A stretch of DNA of 64,000 bases from an uncultured Planctomycetota bacterium (GTDB lineage Bacteria; Planctomycetota; Planctomycetia; Pirellulales; Lacipirellulaceae): assembly GCA_963719315.1 (NCBI GenBank), contig CAVRBU010000013.1:32001-96000 (forward strand), written 5' to 3'. The translations under genes were made by a program, and so were the position numbers. The notes under the pieces were generated by a model, which saw nothing but the letters and a program-made list of their open reading frames with translations, was not told the origin of the DNA and made no database searches. Below, piece by piece: positions 20,683-31,670 of this stretch; position 1 is the stretch's first letter, and the number at the start of each line of letters is the position of its first letter.

Positions 20683-21993
20683 TCACAACCGATCCGTAAC
20701 TGCACTAACGGTCGGCCGGCAGTCGCGCAGTTGTCGCATGATGCCGCGAATCGCTTCGCTGTAATGCCGAATTGCAGCAACAAAGTCTGCCCGCTCCGTG
20801 TCGGTTTTGGCCGCGGAACGCGCGGCATCGAATGTTTGCCAATCCACCTTGCCGTTGCCCGTCTCCCGCTCCGGCAGATCGCGCAGCTTGGCTGTAATGT
20901 CGGCCAGAGTCGCCACGAATTTGCTGTTCGGCGCACACTGAATTTTGCGATAGGGTCCATTTCCGTATGGCCCACCGATCGAACCAATGGGTGGACAGAC
21001 CCGGGAACCGCTGGAGCGAAACGCCAGTCCGGCCGCGAGTGCCGCAAGGAACCCTACCGTCGAGCCGATCGCGCCCAGCCAATAATAATTCACAATGCAA
21101 TAGGCTAGCATTGCGAGACACGCTCCAGCCGCAATCCAAATTGGGCCGGTCGGCGAGCGCTGGCCCGCAGGCGTAGATTCGGCGGCACTCTCCAGCGTCG
21201 TAATGCGCGGGACCGCGCCGTCCACTTGAGCGATGACAACGGAGATATTATCCGGCCCACCGCGCAGGTTCGCCAGATCGACGAGCGTATCGGCTGCTTC
21301 TTGCGGACTTAGCGATTGCAGAATCGCGCCAATTTCCTCGTCTTTGACGGGGCCGCTAAGACCATCGCTGCAAAGCAGAAACATGTCGCCGGATTGGGCG
21401 CCGAATGGTCCCTCTAGGTCGACGTGCACCGTCGGGTGCGGGCCGAGCGAACGCGTGATTACGTTCTTGGGGATGTACGCCGGCACATCGGCTTCGGTCA
21501 TTTGTCCCGCGGCCGCCATTTCCCACACCAGGCTGTGATCGAATGTCAACTGCTCCAGCAAATCGACGCGAAGCCGGTAAACGCGGCTGTCTCCGATATG
21601 CGCCACCAACGCGCCTTGCGGCAGCAGGACTAAGCAACTGCACGTCGTCCCCATGCCTTGGAAGCCGATGCTGCTTTGTCCCTTAGCATGAATCGCAGCA
21701 TTCGCGTCGCGGATCGCCTGCCGCAGCGCGGCTGGCGGATAGAGATCGCGAAGCTTGAAATAGTTGTGTGTGATGTTGTCAACGGCGAGCTTGCTGGCCA
21801 ATTCTCCCGCCGCGTGCGCGCCCATGCCGTCGGCCACCATCAACAGGTGTCCGCGCGTGGCCCAAGTGTCCACATCATCTGTCACGAACACTGCCAATGA
21901 ATCTTGATTGTTCGAGCGGCGCATGCCCAAGTCGCTCACTGAAGCGTGCTTCAGGACGAACGTGGGGCAAACTAGGTTGTCGGTCGTTGCCAT
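20683..21993 (-). CDS. PP2C-type Ser/Thr protein phosphatase with two TM helices
   Basis: GMRRSNNQD, VADGMGAH, MGTT, HIGDSR, LCSDGL, GGPDNIS. Confidence 0.92.
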   Translation of the reverse strand: MATTDNLVCPTFVLKHASVSDLGMRRSNNQDSLAVFVTDDVDTWATRGHLLMVADGMGAHAAGELASKLAVDNITHNYFKLRDLYPPAALRQAIRDANAAIHAKGQSSIGFQGMGTTCSCLVLLPQGALVAHIGDSRVYRLRVDLLEQLTFDHSLVWEMAAAGQMTEADVPAYIPKNVITRSLGPHPTVHVDLEGPFGAQSGDMFLLCSDGLSGPVKDEEIGAILQSLSPQEAADTLVDLANLRGGPDNISVVIAQVDGAVPRITTLESAAESTPAGQRSPTGPIWIAAGACLAMLAYCIVNYYWLGAIGSTVGFLAALAAGLAFRSSGSRVCPPIGSIGGPYGNGPYRKIQCAPNSKFVATLADITAKLRDLPERETGNGKVDWQTFDAARSAAKTDTERADFVAAIRHYSEAIRGIMRQLRDCRPTVSAVTDRL

Positions 21994-22275
21994 GCGCCGG
22001 GTCGGTGAGTGACGGAGTACGGATAGTCGCTAGCACCACTGCTATCGGCAGCAGATAGCGCGCACAGAAAAGTTCCGCTCTAAATGGATAAAATCCCATT
22101 GTATCCCGCGGTCGAAGCCACGGAAACTGCTGAAGTGTGGTCCTCTCGCTCCGCGGAGGTATCTCCTGCTAGCCTAGCGAGTTGGCTTCATTCAGCCGGG
22201 CTGGCTTCTGTGGCGGCACGTTTCTATACTTCGCCCCCTCATCATCGCGATCTTCGCGAGCGCTAGGAGTTTCTT

Positions 22276-22917
22276 ATGGAAAGTGTCGCACGGAGCAGGC
22301 TCGTGGTCCGTGGGCCATTTCGCCTAGTTCCCGGCAACGGCATGCTGCGGACCGCGCTGCTGGTCGCTTTGCTTTTGCCAGCTAACGGATGCGTTCGACG
22401 GCGGTTGAACGTGCGAACGAACCCACCCGGCGCGTTGGTGTACGTCGATAACCAGCAGATCGGCACGACACCCTGCTCAGTGGACTTCACGTACTACGGC
22501 ACGCGCGAAATTCGGCTCATCAAACCGGGCTTTGAAACACTGACCGTGAATCAGCCGATTCCCACGCCGTGGTATCAATATCCGCCGCTGGATTTCATCA
22601 GTGAGAACCTGGTGGCGACCAAGATTCGCGACAATCGCACGGTGACGTACAACCTTGCCCCGCAAGTGATCGTACCGACGCAGGAGTTGGTCGATCGCGC
22701 GAACCAGTTGCGACAGGATGCACTGCAATTCCCGGTGATACAGACTGGAGCAGCGGTACCCATTGTTGGGGCACCGGTGGCGCCCACGATTGTACCGGCG
22801 CCCACACAGGTCATCGCGCCGCCCGCTTCAATACCGCAGCGGCTGCCGGAAGTTTATCCGGCGCCCGTAGGACCGCCTGGTCCAACACCAACGTTGCTGC
22901 CGCCACCGCCAGGCTGA
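22276..22917 (+). CDS. PEGA-domain lipoprotein with Pro-rich tail
   Basis: ANGC lipobox, TNPPGALVYVD..IGTTP; AGGAG RBS. Confidence 0.85.
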   Translation: MESVARSRLVVRGPFRLVPGNGMLRTALLVALLLPANGCVRRRLNVRTNPPGALVYVDNQQIGTTPCSVDFTYYGTREIRLIKPGFETLTVNQPIPTPWYQYPPLDFISENLVATKIRDNRTVTYNLAPQVIVPTQELVDRANQLRQDALQFPVIQTGAAVPIVGAPVAPTIVPAPTQVIAPPASIPQRLPEVYPAPVGPPGPTPTLLPPPPG

Positions 22918-22961
22918 TTGACAAGCGGATATTCAAGCGGCTGAGCATGCACTGCGCTTGT

Positions 22962-24176
22962 TTACTTGATAACGCTTGGGTTCACAGCACCACTGATGAT
23001 CCGGCCGGGTTCAGTAGCTACTTTGTCGATGAAAATCCGCGCGTCGTGGACAACGGGTTTCAAGTTGAACAATAGGTCGTCGATGTCGCCTAGCACTTTG
23101 TTCGTGTTAAACATTAGAATATTCAGGTTGTCATAGACCCTCGGATCGTGAATCAGCTTCCCGATCGAGCCGTCGCGATTGTTTAGCGCATGGGCGACTT
23201 CGCCGAGATCGTGGACGAGTTGATCCAGTCCGTCGACCGCTTTGATGATCGAATCGGCCACTTGCGGCCCCTTTTGCCCCAGCGGTTCCGTGAAGGCTTC
23301 CAGATTCTTGAAATTCTTCTCCGCCGATTGCAGCACGACGCGAGAATCGCGCAATGTTACACGGAATTCGTGGATGGCGTCGGGCAGTTCGTCGAGGCCT
23401 TGCCGGATTTTCTGCCGCATTTGCTGCCCGTTAGGCGGCGGTTGCGGGCCAGGAGCTTCTGTGCCCGGAGGCTGAGTGCTCAAAGGTGGCTGTCCAACGC
23501 CGGGCGGGACACCGACGATCGGTTCATCGCCGATAATTTCATTGACTGATTGCATGGTCTGCGCGAACTGGTTCATCGCCTTCTCGGTCGTGTCGAGAAG
23601 GCGCTTCATGCGACCTTGGCCCTCAGGTCCGCTATCTTCTCCGAAAGCATTGTTGATGCGGTTGGCAAGCTTGGCCACTTCGTCGCCCGCTTGCGCCAGC
23701 GAACGACTGGCCGCAGAGAATTCATTCTTCAAATCACCCAGTTGGCCGAGCGAATCGAAAGGATTCGGATCGACGCGGCCTCTGAAGATCGTGCCGTCGG
23801 GAACCGGCTGTGCGCCGGACGCTGGCTGGCGGCTCAAGAAGTCGACGGTTGCATCGCCCAAAACCGTCGTGCGAACGTGGGGCTCGAAATCGGCATATAA
23901 CGGCCGGTTGCCGTCGATTTCGGCTTTCAGTAGCACGCCGCCGTCTTTGTCCTCAATCGACTTCACGCGGCCGATCAGGATCCCATTCTTGCGTACGGGT
24001 GTGTTCGTATCGACGCCGGGCGCCTGCGGCACCTCAATGCCGATTTGGTACTTCGAATGGCCCCATGGCAACCAGCCGGTTGGCAGTGGGCTGTTCAAGC
24101 TCGCCAATAAACCGCCGACGATTATCGTCGCGAAGACGACGACACCGACTCGGAATTGCATTTGTCGTTCGTTCAT
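22962..24176 (-). CDS. mlaD: MlaD/MCE-domain protein with long helical extension
   Basis: FRVGVVV TM segment, PVRKNGILIGRV, GSIGKLIHD. Confidence 0.85.
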   Translation of the reverse strand: MNERQMQFRVGVVVFATIIVGGLLASLNSPLPTGWLPWGHSKYQIGIEVPQAPGVDTNTPVRKNGILIGRVKSIEDKDGGVLLKAEIDGNRPLYADFEPHVRTTVLGDATVDFLSRQPASGAQPVPDGTIFRGRVDPNPFDSLGQLGDLKNEFSAASRSLAQAGDEVAKLANRINNAFGEDSGPEGQGRMKRLLDTTEKAMNQFAQTMQSVNEIIGDEPIVGVPPGVGQPPLSTQPPGTEAPGPQPPPNGQQMRQKIRQGLDELPDAIHEFRVTLRDSRVVLQSAEKNFKNLEAFTEPLGQKGPQVADSIIKAVDGLDQLVHDLGEVAHALNNRDGSIGKLIHDPRVYDNLNILMFNTNKVLGDIDDLLFNLKPVVHDARIFIDKVATEPGRIISGAVNPSVIK

Positions 24177-24253
24177 GGCAGGAAAAGCCATTCGCTGTTA
24201 ACTATTGGCTTTTAGCACAAACCGTATTTTGTTTTCCGGCCAATAGCTAACGG

Positions 24254-25102
24254 CTAATAGCTACTAGTTTGTTCCATTTCAAGGAGGCGCTCGCCCGCTT
24301 CACCGCGAACGAATTGAGAAACCCGTTTGTCCTTTGCTTCGACAATTTCCTCGGGCGTGCCATCGAAAATGATTTGTGATTCGGTTTGCTTTAACCTGGG
24401 GAGCGGGTAGAGCATCACGACACGGTCGGCCACTTTTTGGGCCGTTTTCATGTCGTGAGTAACGACGATGCTGGTGACAGCATTTTGATCGCGCGTGCGC
24501 ATGATGAGCTCGTTGATGACGTCGCTCACGATCGGGTCGAGGCCTGTCGTGGGTTCATCGTAAAGGAGCACTTCGGGGCTCATGACCAGCGCTCGAGCTA
24601 GGCCGACGCGTTTACGCATGCCACCTGAAAGTTGCGCCGGACGTTTACTGAGCACGCTGACAGGTAGCCCGACTTGCTTGAGTCGCTCGGCGACGATTTG
24701 ATTAATTTTTTCGGGTCTCATGCGGCTGTTTTCTCGAAGAGGAAACGCGACGTTGTCGGCAACCGTCATGCTGTCGAAAAGCGCGGCATTTTGAAACAGG
24801 AAGCCGAATCGACCGCGGAGTGTGGTAAGGTCCTTGTCGCCGAGCGAGTCGATTCGCTGGCCGTCGAACACGACATGCCCGCTCGTTGGAAACAGGAGTC
24901 CGATAATCGTCTTCAGTAGAACCGTCTTGCCGCAGCCGCTCTCGCCGATAATGGCCAAAGTCTGCCCGCGTGGAATTGAGAGCGAAATATCGCGCAACAC
25001 CGGTTGCCGGCCAAAGTCGACAGTCAGTTCGCACAGTTCGATCACCGTGTCGACCGGCGGCTTCAGCTTCGAGCCTTTCGGATTGGGAGCGTTGGTTGCC
25101 AT
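24254..25102 (-). CDS. mlaF: MlaF-type ABC transporter ATP-binding protein
   Basis: GESGCGKT, LSGGMRKRVGLARAL, YDEPTTGLDP; TAATG overlap with mlaE. Confidence 0.9.
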   Translation of the reverse strand: MATNAPNPKGSKLKPPVDTVIELCELTVDFGRQPVLRDISLSIPRGQTLAIIGESGCGKTVLLKTIIGLLFPTSGHVVFDGQRIDSLGDKDLTTLRGRFGFLFQNAALFDSMTVADNVAFPLRENSRMRPEKINQIVAERLKQVGLPVSVLSKRPAQLSGGMRKRVGLARALVMSPEVLLYDEPTTGLDPIVSDVINELIMRTRDQNAVTSIVVTHDMKTAQKVADRVVMLYPLPRLKQTESQIIFDGTPEEIVEAKDKRVSQFVRGEAGERLLEMEQTSSY

Positions 25103-25965
25103 TAACCCATCTCCGGCCACAGCATGGCGTGTACGCGGTCGAGGCCTATGCTGAGGAACAAATCGAGCATCAAAATAATAACGAACGATAAAACAAACGC
25201 CGCCGTGGCGGCGCGGCCCACACCCTCGGCTCCCGGCGCGCAATTGAAGCCTCGGTAACAGCTCACGATGGCAATTGTCGCGCCGAAGAACACGCTTTTA
25301 AAGATGCCATAGAACAAATCCCAGTTATGAACGAATTGCTGCGAATTGTGCCAGTAGTGGTAGGAATCAATGCCGAAGACCTGGACACTGTACATCCAGC
25401 CGCCGACGATGCCCATGAATATGGCCATGATCGTGAGCGATGGAATCATGAGCAGGCAGCCGAGAAAGCGGGGCACTACTAAGTGGTGGATCGGGTTTGC
25501 ACCCATCGAAGTAAGCGCGTCGATCTGCTCGGTGACGCGCATTGTGCCAACCTCGGCTGCGATCGCACTTCCGACGCGGCCGGCCAGCATCGTGGCGGCC
25601 AGTACCGGTCCCAATTCGCGGCACATCGACAGATTGATGAGTGCTCCGAGGCGAGTTTCAAAACCGAACTGCTTAAACTGAGTGTACGACTGCACCGCCA
25701 GCACCATTCCGATGAACGTGCCGGTGAGCGCCACCACAGGGAGGCTCAGTACCCCAATGTTGTAGAATGCGGGAATGAGCGTGTCGCGGCGCGGCAGTCT
25801 CGTAATGAGCCACGACAGCGTTCGCCACATGAACAACGTCATGTCGCCGAGCGTTTCGACCCAGCGAATGACGACGGCCCCGACATCCGCAATCGAATCG
25901 TAGACAGCGGCGATTAGGCCACGTCGAGCGGGGTTAGCAGAAGTATTACTGGATGTACTAGCCAT
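25102..25965 (-). CDS. mlaE: MlaE-type ABC transporter permease
   Basis: RELGPVLAATMLAGRVGSAIAAEVGTMRVTEQIDAL, GAEGVGRAAT. Confidence 0.92.
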   Translation of the reverse strand: MASTSSNTSANPARRGLIAAVYDSIADVGAVVIRWVETLGDMTLFMWRTLSWLITRLPRRDTLIPAFYNIGVLSLPVVALTGTFIGMVLAVQSYTQFKQFGFETRLGALINLSMCRELGPVLAATMLAGRVGSAIAAEVGTMRVTEQIDALTSMGANPIHHLVVPRFLGCLLMIPSLTIMAIFMGIVGGWMYSVQVFGIDSYHYWHNSQQFVHNWDLFYGIFKSVFFGATIAIVSCYRGFNCAPGAEGVGRAATAAFVLSFVIILMLDLFLSIGLDRVHAMLWPEMG

Positions 25966-26476
25966 GGGGGCGTTCTCTTGGCTTGCCGGTTGCAACGGTA
26001 TGTCAGGCTGTGCCTGACACTGGCCATCTGCCAGGCACAAGCCTGACCTACAGCTATCGCGCAACCGGCGCGCAGCGCCCCCCGGGCGTACGTCCTAATA
26101 CGTCGGCATGCGAAGCTATACCGCTTGAGTAAAGTTTATGGTCGAATGACACTCGGCCAAGCCGCCGAATGGGGAATGCAGTGCTGGCACGTAGCTATGG
26201 GCGGCCCGCCTGTCACGGCAGTTGGCTGGCTCGTGGCCCAGCAGGCGAGCAGCCTACTGCAATGGGAGAATCTATTTGACCTACGCTTACTCTTGCGATT
26301 TTGGTCAATCGCTAAGTAGGAAAGCGGCAGGACAAGGGCCGCAGCAAAGACGGAGCCGTCGCTGGCCGAGAGCAATACCAATCTGCTTTCGTGTTGTGAC
26401 TTGGACCCAGCCCGCGTGTTGACCGCCAAAGAACCGTGCTCAAGAAGAGGCCGTTAATCGCACATTTGGTCCCAGG

Positions 26477-28927
26477 TCAATGGCCTGAGGTTTCGTCATT
26501 TCTGGTCCCCGGCAATGCCAAGAACGTCACCAAGTCGCGAAGGTCGTCGAGCGACAACGTTGCCTGCAATTCTTCGGGCATGATCGATTTCGCCGCTGTT
26601 TGTCGCTCTTCGATCATATCGCTTGACAACGTGAATGTTTTGCCCGCGAAGTCGACATAATCCTCCTGGCCGCTGTCTCCCGCTTTCGGGAGCCGCAGGC
26701 CTGTGTACGTTTTGCCATCCGTTGTCGTGAGCAGCCATGGCTGGTAATCGGGGGCGATCTCGCGGCTGGGCAGCAAGATCGACGTGATGATTCGTTCGCG
26801 CGGCGTGCTGCGGCCAATGTTTGTGAGATCGGGGCCGACGTTGCCGCCGCGGCCACTGTACTTGTGACATACGCTGCATCGGGCGCCAACCGGGTTGAAG
26901 AAGAGGCGGCGGCCAGCGGCCGCGTCGCCCGGGCCAGCCAACAGCTTGTACCAGGCACCGAGGTCGTCCGCGGGAGGCTTCGTTTCCGTGGGAGCCGCCC
27001 ACAATCCGGCGAATCGCAAAGATCGCTTAGCTTCTTGCTGCAGCACGGTGCGATCGCTGGCTGCCAGCTTTTCCAACAAACTCCGGTTCTTCTCCGCGGC
27101 GGCAGCCAGGCCGACAATCGCCGCTGCCCGCACGTCATCCGATTGCGAATTGTCTTGGGCAACCTCGGCCAACAAGGCGAATCGCTTGTCGCTCGACTGC
27201 TCGGCAAGCGTGCGTGCGGCCTCCAACCGCAGCGCCTCGTGATTCGATTGCAAATATTCGCGCAACCGTGCGCTCGTGAGAAACTTGTTGTCCGGTCGCA
27301 AATAGGCAAGTGCAATCGCCTGCGTCTCCGGCGTCCGCCGGTCGTTTATCAGCTCGCTTACGAGCAGCTCATCGGTGAAATCTACGCCGCGATGACCCGG
27401 CTCATGGTCCAACCAATCGACGGCTCCGAGCACGGCCAGGTAGAGTTGCGCACTTTGTTGAGGTCCGTCGAGCAACTTTGCCACGTCATCGCGGAGGGCC
27501 ATAATCCGTTCGTCGGCGATCCACCGGACGGCAAATAGGCGGACATCGTGCGATTCATCGTGGAGAGCATTTCGTAGCAGCAACTTCACATTCGCTGGGC
27601 GATGAAGCCGTGCTGCTTCGAGCTCGCTAAGCCGTAAACGCGGCGTGGGGGCCGGCGCCGTGTTAAGTTCCTTCCTCTGCGACAGTTGCCACACGCCGTG
27701 CGCGTGCACGAACGGGTCGGCCGACTCGGCGTTCTTGACGGCGTCGCCAGCGTCGTCCGAGGCGGCAAGGTCGTCTTTTGAGCGCGGCGGGAATGGGATC
27801 TTCAAGTCACCCGGCGGCAGCACCAGCCGCCAGATTCGCCCGCGGCCATGCACCGGATAGTCGCGGAGCACCCAGTCTGCGAAATAAAGCGAGCCGTCAG
27901 GGGCGATGGCCATGCCGGTGGGACGGAAGTCGGCATCGCCTTGCACGATGATGTCTCGCCTCGCGGTGTAGGAGGCGCCGCGGGGCACGAGTTCGTAACG
28001 CTCGACGCGGTGGTCGCCCCAGCTCGTGACCCACAAGCCGCCGGCGTGGGGCACGATCGCGGTCGGCGCCTCGCCCACGCCGCAGACCATCGGGAGCGTA
28101 CCAGGCAACTCGCCGTTCCAGGCTTGCAGTGGGTGTGTACCGGCTCGGCCGTATTGGTAGAGATAACCGTAGTCGCCACCGGGCACCACATGCAGTAGCC
28201 GGCACGGGGGACTGGCGTCGGGATCATTATCAACCGCAAAGATGCGGCCGTCCGGAAGCACGCAGACGCTAAACGGATTCCACACGCCGCGGGCAAACCG
28301 CCGCAGTTTCGTTCCATCGGCCGTCATGCGGTAGAAGCCATCCTGACCGCCACCATCTTTAATCACCTTACCATCTGCGCTCGTAAGGCGATATGCGTCT
28401 CCGTGGTTCTCGCCGAAACTGATGATCAACGAACCATCGACATCGCGAGCGATGCCGCTAAGGGCATTGTGTGGGTAATCATCCTTCGTCTCCAGGCGCA
28501 AAAGCACCTCCTGCTTGTCGGCAATGCCATCGCCGCTCGTATCTCGAAGCAGGACAACATTGTGGCGAGTCACTAGGTAAACCCCGCCGTCGTCACGGAC
28601 GAGCAAATTCATTGCATGACGAAAGCCCTCAGCAAACGTGCTCCAACGGTCGAGCTTGCCGTCGCTGTCCGAGTCGGACAACATGCGGATACGGTCGCTG
28701 TACGGCCCTTTGTAACCATCGGCCCGCAAGTGGGTGTGAGACTCAACGACCAACAATCGACCCTTGCGATCAAATGCCACACCGATCGGCGTTACGATCA
28801 GCGGATCGGCGGCGATAAGTTCGAGTTTGTAGCCCGCTTTGGCGCGGGGTTCGGCCGATTCGCTGGTGCCGATAACAAACAAGACTACCGTAAGAGCGCA
28901 AACCCATTTCAATATTCTTTTGGCCAT
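26477..28927 (-). CDS. PVC-type heme-binding CxxCH protein (beta-propeller + HEAT repeats + cytochrome c)
   Basis: Signal peptide, PIGVAFD, FRPTG..GSLYFADW..GRIWR, CSVCH, GPDLT, SIMP. Confidence 0.88.
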   Translation of the reverse strand: MAKRILKWVCALTVVLFVIGTSESAEPRAKAGYKLELIAADPLIVTPIGVAFDRKGRLLVVESHTHLRADGYKGPYSDRIRMLSDSDSDGKLDRWSTFAEGFRHAMNLLVRDDGGVYLVTRHNVVLLRDTSGDGIADKQEVLLRLETKDDYPHNALSGIARDVDGSLIISFGENHGDAYRLTSADGKVIKDGGGQDGFYRMTADGTKLRRFARGVWNPFSVCVLPDGRIFAVDNDPDASPPCRLLHVVPGGDYGYLYQYGRAGTHPLQAWNGELPGTLPMVCGVGEAPTAIVPHAGGLWVTSWGDHRVERYELVPRGASYTARRDIIVQGDADFRPTGMAIAPDGSLYFADWVLRDYPVHGRGRIWRLVLPPGDLKIPFPPRSKDDLAASDDAGDAVKNAESADPFVHAHGVWQLSQRKELNTAPAPTPRLRLSELEAARLHRPANVKLLLRNALHDESHDVRLFAVRWIADERIMALRDDVAKLLDGPQQSAQLYLAVLGAVDWLDHEPGHRGVDFTDELLVSELINDRRTPETQAIALAYLRPDNKFLTSARLREYLQSNHEALRLEAARTLAEQSSDKRFALLAEVAQDNSQSDDVRAAAIVGLAAAAEKNRSLLEKLAASDRTVLQQEAKRSLRFAGLWAAPTETKPPADDLGAWYKLLAGPGDAAAGRRLFFNPVGARCSVCHKYSGRGGNVGPDLTNIGRSTPRERIITSILLPSREIAPDYQPWLLTTTDGKTYTGLRLPKAGDSGQEDYVDFAGKTFTLSSDMIEERQTAAKSIMPEELQATLSLDDLRDLVTFLALPGTRNDETSGH

Positions 28928-29893
28928 AAATTGATAGTCTACCACAACCGAGATGCGTCCGATCAGAATTCGGCGATCTCCCAATTCTTTTATCATTTGC
29001 ATTTTTATCAAAGTACATTAGGATCAACTGATTAGACGTGATTCTATAGCCGCGGACTCAGGACGCTCGTGAATCGAGAAACACTCTCATTCCTTCTGGC
29101 TGCACTTACATTTTGCTCACCATGTGGAGCAGTCAAGGTCGGACAATACGTCTTGACCACCCGGGGGACTTTCCGGGCGGCAACGATGAGAGCTACGCAA
29201 CCGGTATCAATTCATCTGGGCAAGTAGTCGGTTGGAGCGGGACTGACACAGTGACCAGAGGCTTTCTTTGGTCACCCGACGTTCCCAATGGCCCTGTCGG
29301 GTCGATGACCGATCTTGGCAGCCTGCGCCAAGGTGGCCAGTCGTACGGACTTGGCATTAACTCGCACGGCCAAATCGCTGGATATACGGCAGGCTCACCA
29401 AATACCGCGTTTATGTGGACACCAACGACATGGAACGGAACAGACGGGTCAATGGTTCCGATTGGCGGCGCTCCATTTTATGATGGCTTCGCTTGGCCCA
29501 ATGGCATGAATTCCTATGGACAAATCGTTGGCGATGGTCGGACCGAAAGCGGAACACGCGTATTTCTGTGGATGCCTGATTCACCGAACGCAAGTGTGGG
29601 ATCGATAATCGATCTTGGAATTCAACTTTCTGGGTTCGAAGGTAGCAACCATTTCGCGATCAATTCTTATGGGCAGATAGCCGGTGGCGGCGTGCGCATT
29701 CAAGGTGTTGTCGAAGGTTTTGTTTGGACTCCAGCACAAGGCAATACTACTTCAGGTTTTCTAACCATTTTCAAAACTACGTGGCCTCTTTATGGGCAAT
29801 CCGGTTCCAGCGTTCGCGGGATCAACGATCGTGGACAAGTCGTTGGACTCTCGGGTGTTGCGTATGTCGGCAACGGAGGCTCTATTGGCACTA

Positions 29894-31125
29894 GTGGTCT
29901 GTCTCGATTTAGTTGACGGGTGCTAGTACGGGATAAAGTCGTTTAATCTTGATCCTGGCATCGGCGGCGGTGAATTGCCAGTCGACGCGGACTGGTTGTT
30001 GGTTGCGGGGTTGTTCCCATGCGTGAACTTCGCTCTCCAGGCGGGCTCGGGAATCGATCCGTTGGTCCAGGCACTGCCTTCCCAGCACGGACAATTCACA
30101 TTCCGCCATGTTCAGCCAACTGGCGTGCTTGGGGGTGTGATGCACTTCAAACCGCTCCCACAACCGTCGCGCCTCGTCAGGCGGGAAGATCGCGTACAGC
30201 ACGGACAGCTTGTGCGTATTCAGGTTGTCCATGACCAGCACGATCTTCTCCGCCGTCGGGTACTGCTCGTCGGCGATGTTGCGCAGCAGGTCGGCGAAAT
30301 CCGCCTTCGCGCGACGTTCGGTGACCTTCACCCGGCGGCGGCCCGCCAAAGGTTCGCAGACCATGAACAGATTCGCTGTTCCCCGCCGTTCGTATTCGTA
30401 ATCCTGTCGCGCCGGCTGCCCCGGCTCCATCGGCAGCGGCGGCGTGACGTCGGCCACCAATTGCTTGGTGGCTTCGTCGACGCACACGACTGGCCGTTGC
30501 TCGTCGTAGGGACGCTGATAGACCTCCAGAACGTCTTCCATCGCGGCAACATAGTCCGCGTCATGCGGCTTAGGCAGAACCCACTGCTCTTTCAACCAGG
30601 GCTTAAGCTCGTTTTTTTCAGTGCGCTGCGCACGGCGTCCTTGCTGATCGACTCGACGATCTCCAGTTCGACCAACTTGTCGGCCAGCAGTCGCAAGGTC
30701 CAGCGGGCGCGTCCTTCCGGAGCCGGTCCGCAGGCCACGGCGATCAAGCGGGCCTCCTGTTGGCCGTCCAACTTTCGAGGGCGATGCCGGCTCTTAGGCT
30801 TCCATTCCAAGGCAACGTTCAGGCCCTGCTCGACGTACGCCTGTCGCACGTCATGCACCAATCCCACGCTGACGTCCAACGCTTCGCAAATCTCCTGGTC
30901 GGTCCGACCCGACCCCGTGACGCCGGCGTCCGCCTTGAGCAGCACCTGGGCTCGGCGACGCTTGCCCGCCGCCACCTTGCCTCGTCCCACCACCGCCGCC
31001 AATTCCTCTCGCTCTTCCCCAGTCAACCGCACCACATACTTCGTGTTGTAGTTCATTTTCTCGCCTCCTGTGAAAAACCTGAAGACGTTATGCTATCCCC
31101 TAACTACTGAACAACGACAGACCAC
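29894..31125 (-). mobile_element. IS630-family insertion sequence (1232 bp) with TA duplication in a CTAG target
   Basis: cTA[GTGGTCTGTC...GACAGACCAC]TAg: 10-bp perfect inverted ends, extending imperfectly to about 22 bp. Confidence 0.93.
29909..31056 (-). CDS. IS630 transposase in two frames (HTH orfA 30592-31056; DDE orfB 29909-30595), joined at an A7 slippery run
   Basis: CVDE, VMDNLNTH, TPKHASWLNMAE. A -1 shift at CTG AAAAAAA CGAG (30612-30618) gives LKKNELKPWLKEQW. Confidence 0.92.
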
Positions 31126-31608
31126 TAGCTCTCACGCTGCTATGTGGATTCCAACAAGTCCGAACGGCACTGACTTTTCTATGTTCGATTTGGGTACGCT
31201 TAATGGCCTAAGTTGGACATCCAGTGCTAATGCGATCAATTCATATGGTCAGGTCGTAGGTAGGGCTGACGCTGCTTCGAGCAACGGATTTTATCGTGTT
31301 GACCACGCGTTTATTTGGACACCGACGACGCCTAACGGTACTCAAGGCAGCATGATCGATCTGAATGAATTGCTGAACCCGGCAGATCCGCAGCATTGGA
31401 CCTTCTCCGAAGCTACTGGAATCAATGATTTCGGCCAAATCGTTGGCAACGCGTTTTACGATGCGGATGGCCCTGGCGGCAACCCGGCGGTGCCGCGGGC
31501 TTTCTTGCTCACACTCGTACCTGAACCGTGTACCATCGCCCTGATGGCAAGCCTGGCTGCATTTCTCATTTGCCAACGAATGTCCACCAGGCGGTTCCCT
31601 ACGGGTTG

Positions 31609-31640
31609 AAAAAAAGCCCCGGATCGACCGACCCGAGGCT
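31609..31640 (-). terminator. Intrinsic terminator downstream of clpC
   Basis: Minus strand AGCCTCGGGTC-ggtc-GATCCGGGGCT-TTTTTTT. Confidence 0.8.
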
Positions 31641-31670
31641 GATTTTCGTTTGCAACGCTATTCCAGCGGC

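Larger units (their letters stand above)
29069..31609 (+). pseudogene. PEP-CTERM protein with HAF/DUF3466-like repeats, interrupted by IS630
   Basis: Repeats of (G/A)IN(S/D)xGQ(V/I)(V/A)G...F.W.P..PNG..GSM.DLG lie on both sides of the IS; VPEP tail. Signal peptide starts at GTG 29069, with an extra frameshift near 29160. Confidence 0.85.
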
